Part shown: positions 49,380-50,138 of the stretch, piece by piece
Layout: each line of letters starts with the position of its first letter
Numbering within the stretch: the stretch's first letter is position 1
Source: a virus
DNA length: 50,138 nt
Virus record (IMG/VR): IMGVR_UViG_3300029947_000009
Coordinates: 1 to 50,138 of that record
Direction: 5' to 3' (one strand)
Made by a program: the position numbers and the translations under genes
Notes under the pieces: generated by a model
Seen by the model: the letters and a program-made list of their open reading frames with translations, nothing else
What the model was told of the DNA's origin: nothing
The model's database searches: none

Positions 49380-50138
49380 CTATCGCTTGTTGCGGATGAT
49401 GACGATGCCTGAACCGCCTGCTGTTCCGGTACTAGCGTTAACGTGATCTGTACCGCCGCCGCCTCCACCACGGTTTGCGGGTGGGGAAGTCTTTGGCGCT
49501 CCTGCGGTTTCATCAATCGGCGGTTTTGAAGCCCCTACAGTCGTCAGTTGTCCGCTGCTGCCGCCACCGGAATACAATCGGCCAGAAGATTCACCAAATT
49601 CTCTTGTCGTGGAGCCTTGTCCTTTTCCACGAGAATTATCAGGGCCTTCGCCATCGCTACCATCTGTTCCGCCATAACGGGCGCCATTTGACCCATATGC
49701 ACCGCCACCAGAACCGCCATCTCCGCCTTTGCCATCATTAGATCCATATCCTGCGCCCGGTTTTCCACCACTAGCGGAAGCACCAAAGATGGAGGATTCA
49801 CCGCCAGGGGATTCCTTCCCCCCACCAGCGCCGACAACAATCGTATACGTAGTATTCGCATGCACCGCAACGGCTTTTATTGTCTTGGTATATCCACCAC
49901 CACCACCGCCGCCGTAGGTTCCGGAAGATCCGCCTCCCCCTCCTCCCCCAACGAGGAAGACGTCGATACCGCCCTCCGCACCGTTGAGGTTGGTAAACGT
50001 CAGCGTGCCGGAGGTAAGGAAGCGGATTTTCCAGTTGCCCGTCCAAGTCGCAAAATCCGAAATGGCGTTATCGTTGTCGTCGACGATTGCGTAGTCGCCG
50101 GTATAGGTGAATTCGGGGGTGTTTCTGGGGCTGGAAAA
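49380..50138 (-). CDS. Glycine-rich tail fibre protein, 3' part of the gene that starts at 465
   Basis: The frame is open from the window end: FSSPRNTPEFTYTGDYAIVDDNDNAISDFATWTGNWKIRFLTSGTLTFTNLNGAEGGIDVFLVGGGGGGGSSGTYGGGGGGGYTKTIKAVAVHANTTYTIVVGAGGG... The M shown by the track at 49865 is an internal GTG. Confidence 0.8.
   Translation of the reverse strand, partial: FSSPRNTPEFTYTGDYAIVDDNDNAISDFATWTGNWKIRFLTSGTLTFTNLNGAEGGIDVFLVGGGGGGGSSGTYGGGGGGGYTKTIKAVAVHANTTYTIVVGAGGGKESPGGESSIFGASASGGKPGAGYGSNDGKGGDGGSGGGAYGSNGARYGGTDGSDGEGPDNSRGKGQGSTTREFGESSGRLYSGGGSSGQLTTVGASKPPIDETAGAPKTSPPANRGGGGGGTDHVNASTGTAGGSGIVIIRNKR
50040..50138. repeat. Second copy of the 99-bp terminal overlap
   Basis: Identical to 1-99. 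Confidence 0.95.

Overview
The window is a complete, circularly closed genome of a tailed dsDNA phage with siphovirus-type tail genes. Bases 1-99 are identical to 50040-50138, so the unique length is about 50,039 bp. The host is most likely an endospore-forming Firmicute: RBSs are strong AGGAGG-type, promoters are sigma-A-like, and the phage carries Spo0A-like and SpoIIID-like homologues. There are two arms. (1) The minus-strand arm runs 21.8 kb -> 0.46 kb, wraps through the window ends, and continues to 43.6 kb. In order it holds small early-left genes, dCMP deaminase, a Spo0A effector-domain homologue, 3 tRNAs, terS, terL, portal, and a minor head protein fused to an ADP-ribosyltransferase. 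These are followed by scaffold, decoration, major capsid, connector and tail genes, chaperone G/T, tape measure, Dit, baseplate and fibre genes, and a glycine-rich fibre gene that spans the window junction. The arm ends with endolysin, holin, a sigma-region-4 protein, and a terminator/promoter-bounded accessory cassette of odd proteins at 46.3-43.6 kb. (2) The plus-strand arm (22.3-43.6 kb) is made of about 11 short cassettes, each headed by a near-identical CCATTTACA-N17-TATAAT promoter. It encodes DUF932, an ADP-ribosylglycohydrolase, DUF2786, a SpoIIID-like HTH protein, an HD hydrolase, ThyX and a primase-helicase. A kinase / all-alpha NTPase / 2x thymidylate-synthase-fold block sits directly upstream of a family-A DNA polymerase carrying a degenerate UDG-like N-domain. 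Downstream are a Cas4-like nuclease, a Sak4-like ATPase, a DUF669 SSB-like protein, VRR-NUC, DUF1599 and an SNF2 helicase. The divergent junction (21.86-22.29 kb) is a phased array of 33-bp palindrome-containing repeats, a putative origin or operator array. No integrase, repressor or CRISPR array was recognised. All functional calls rest on motifs read by eye from the translations; no database search was run.
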